A stretch of DNA of 45,044 nucleotides, taken from Candidatus Methanovirga basalitermitum (GTDB taxonomy: Archaea; Methanobacteriota; Methanobacteria; Methanobacteriales; Methanobacteriaceae). The notes under the pieces were generated by a model, which was given only the letters and a program-made list of their open reading frames with translations, was not told the origin of the DNA and did not search any database. The stretch spans positions 1 through 45,044 of the forward strand of contig JAISZW010000091.1 of assembly GCA_031284445.1 (NCBI GenBank), in the 5' to 3' direction. Position 1 is the stretch's first letter, and each line of letters begins with the position of its first letter. Below, piece after piece: positions 43,435-45,044 of the stretch. The translations under genes and the position numbers were made by a program.

Positions 43435-44349
43435 TTATTTTATATTTTCTAAATCATTGTATGCTGATGTTGCAGCTATTGCACCTTCACCACAAGCAAC
43501 AACTAACTGCTGTAATCCTCCTGTAATATCTCCAGCAGAGTAAACAAAAAGCATGCTGGTTTCCTGTTTTTTATCAGTAACTATCTGATTAGCATCATCA
43601 AGTTTTATATTAAGATTTTTAGTCAATTCAATTGATGATGGTAGTGAGCCAATAGCTACAAAAACTCCATCGGTTTTTATTTCTCTCTGATTACCTTTTT
43701 TATCCTCTAAAATAACAGATTTTACAAATTTATCTCCTTTAATTTCTTTAATATTTGAACTGGGAATAATTTTAATATTTTTATTCTTGATTTTTTCTTG
43801 TAAATAATGTTCTGCTCTAAATTCTTCTCTTCTATGGACTATTGTAACATCCACTCCAAGATTATCTAAGAAAATAGCTTCTTGTAAACTACTATTCCCT
43901 CCACCAATCACTATGGTTTTTTTATCCTTATAAAATATTCCATCACAAGTTGCACAATAGCTAACACCAAGACCTAAAAACTTTTCTTCACCAGTAACCC
44001 CTATTTTTCTATGTTTTCTTCCCATAGTTAATATAATAGCTTTAGCAAAATATTTAGTCTTAGTTGTAGTTATTTCAAATCCATTTTCAACTTTAATAAT
44101 ATTTTCTGCACTCTCATTTTCTTTTATTTCTAAGAACTTCTGTGCTTGCTGTTTCATTTTTGACATTAATATCATCCCTGAAATTAATTCAAAACCAGGA
44201 TAATTTCCCATCGAAGGAATTTCTAATCCAAGCCCACCAGCTATTGTTTTTTCAAGAATTAATGATTTGGAACCTTGCCTTCCAGTATATATTCCAGCTG
44301 TTAATCCTGCGGGACCCGCACCCACAATAATAATGTCGTAGCTTTCCAT
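43435..44349 (-). CDS. trxB: Thioredoxin-disulfide reductase
   Basis: FAD motif is IIIVGAGPAGLTAG, the redox CATCDG is present and the second dinucleotide motif is VIGGGNSSLQEA. Confidence 0.85.
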   Translation of the reverse strand: MESYDIIIVGAGPAGLTAGIYTGRQGSKSLILEKTIAGGLGLEIPSMGNYPGFELISGMILMSKMKQQAQKFLEIKENESAENIIKVENGFEITTTKTKYFAKAIILTMGRKHRKIGVTGEEKFLGLGVSYCATCDGIFYKDKKTIVIGGGNSSLQEAIFLDNLGVDVTIVHRREEFRAEHYLQEKIKNKNIKIIPSSNIKEIKGDKFVKSVILEDKKGNQREIKTDGVFVAIGSLPSSIELTKNLNIKLDDANQIVTDKKQETSMLFVYSAGDITGGLQQLVVACGEGAIAATSAYNDLENIK

Positions 44350-44393
44350 ATAATCGCCTTAAATAGTTCTGAATTTTAAAATAATAGGATTAA

Positions 44394-44810
44394 TCATTTC
44401 TCATTGTTTAATGATTTATTAATTAATGAACTGAAACAACCACAATTTTCTTTCTTACTATCATCATACTTTGGTTTTTTTAGTTCTTGGGCTGTAACAG
44501 ATAAGAAACAGTATGGATAACCAGTTTCATCTGTTTTTCTTAATATTGATGATATACCTTTAAAATAACAGTTAATATCACCAGTATTGCCAATATCCAT
44601 AGTAAAGGGATTTGAACCTTTAAGACTTCCAAAGAACTCACTAATTTTATTCAGGTCTTCTTCATTGCATCGAAAGTTTATACTCATTATTCCATCATTT
44701 CTAATTTTAAGCCCAACGAATCTTTCATTAAGTTCTAATTTCTCATTAGAAATAGTTTTAAATATTACATTTTCACTAATTTCTGACATTTCTACACCAA
44801 ATTGATTCAA
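44394..44810 (-). CDS. Hypothetical protein (138 aa)
   Basis: An ORF with no motif recognised. Confidence 0.4.
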   Translation of the reverse strand: MNQFGVEMSEISENVIFKTISNEKLELNERFVGLKIRNDGIMSINFRCNEEDLNKISEFFGSLKGSNPFTMDIGNTGDINCYFKGISSILRKTDETGYPYCFLSVTAQELKKPKYDDSKKENCGCFSSLINKSLNNEK

Positions 44811-44918
44811 TGACAGTTCAATATACTTAATAATTTAGTGTTTAATTTATCACTAAATTCTTGTGTTAATAATTTGTTTTATATTTTTATAATATAAAAA
44901 CCTTGTTTTTATAGAGTC

Positions 44919-45030
44919 TGTAAAAAATTGTGGAGTTTTTCTTTACATTGCTTCATTTCTCAAAGAGAGCTAAAATATTCCAATAACCCATCAATTACTA
45001 AAAATCTTCGATTTTTAGTAATTGATCAAT
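44919..45030. repeat. Copy of the TGTAAA-n4-TGTGGAGTT block (44919-44942) followed by an inverted, diverged copy 3 of the interspersed element
   Basis: A 16-bp perfect-stem hairpin, TCAATTACTAAAAATC-TTC-GATTTTTAGTAATTGA, spans 44991-45025. The reverse complement aligns with copies 1 and 2. Confidence 0.65.
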
Positions 45031-45044
45031 TTACGAATAATCCT

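Noticed and set aside
25493-44805. Host-region shadow or nested ORFs: 25493-25822, 30336-30530, 30566-30841, 31346-31690, 34535-34717, 35750-35977, 37834-38163, 38960-39190, 41571-41762, 44142-44330 and 44587-44805.
   Set aside because: Each overlaps a longer ORF with recognisable motifs, on the opposite strand or in another frame. None has an SD or a recognisable domain.

Overview
AT-rich archaeal chromosome segment. The Methanobacteriales-like (Methanobrevibacter/Methanosphaera-type) assignment is an inference from base composition plus archaeal-type genes: nucS, split GMP synthase, archaeal PPAT, diphthamide-type PP-loop enzyme and class III signal-peptide pilins. All calls come from reading the ORF track and sequence and from motifs recalled from memory; no searches were run.

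(1) Positions 1 to ~22.3 kb are the right-hand part of an integrated tailed provirus. Spot counts of single 60-nt lines gave about 40% GC in the tape-measure gene versus about 27% in the host helicase gene.
- It carries large fibre/spike-like proteins, a MuF/SPP1-gp7-like head protein, an HK97-gp10-like connector and a 1209-aa tape measure.
- After these come an XhlA-like tail-anchored protein and a ~1.2 kb ORF desert of broken small genes.
- The lysogeny/replication end has an AbrB-type repressor with a switch region, a Rad52-like annealase, an iteron origin, an AEP prim-pol, an SF3 helicase and a tyrosine integrase.
- No terminase, major capsid, major tail or lysin gene is recognisable in the window.

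(2) Positions 22.5-45 kb are host genes.
- DNA/RNA metabolism: NucS, a Ski2-like helicase and an orphan Cas4-like nuclease.
- Metabolism and transport: UbiX, PdxS, an APC permease, PPAT, GuaA subunit A and TrxB.
- Surface: pilin-like proteins.

The most interesting host locus is at 28.6-32.3 kb. An unannotated 42-aa peptide with a CxxCxxCxxCxxC ladder sits next to an RRE-radical SAM/SPASM enzyme and an ABC exporter, which makes it a candidate archaeal thioether-type RiPP cluster.

Other notable signals:
- Five reading-frame breaks at A-runs, each restored by deleting one A.
- A ~140-nt interspersed intergenic element with a covarying hairpin, in 3 copies.
- A phage/host paralog pair of XhlA-like proteins.
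- Several exact tandem or inverted repeat sets.
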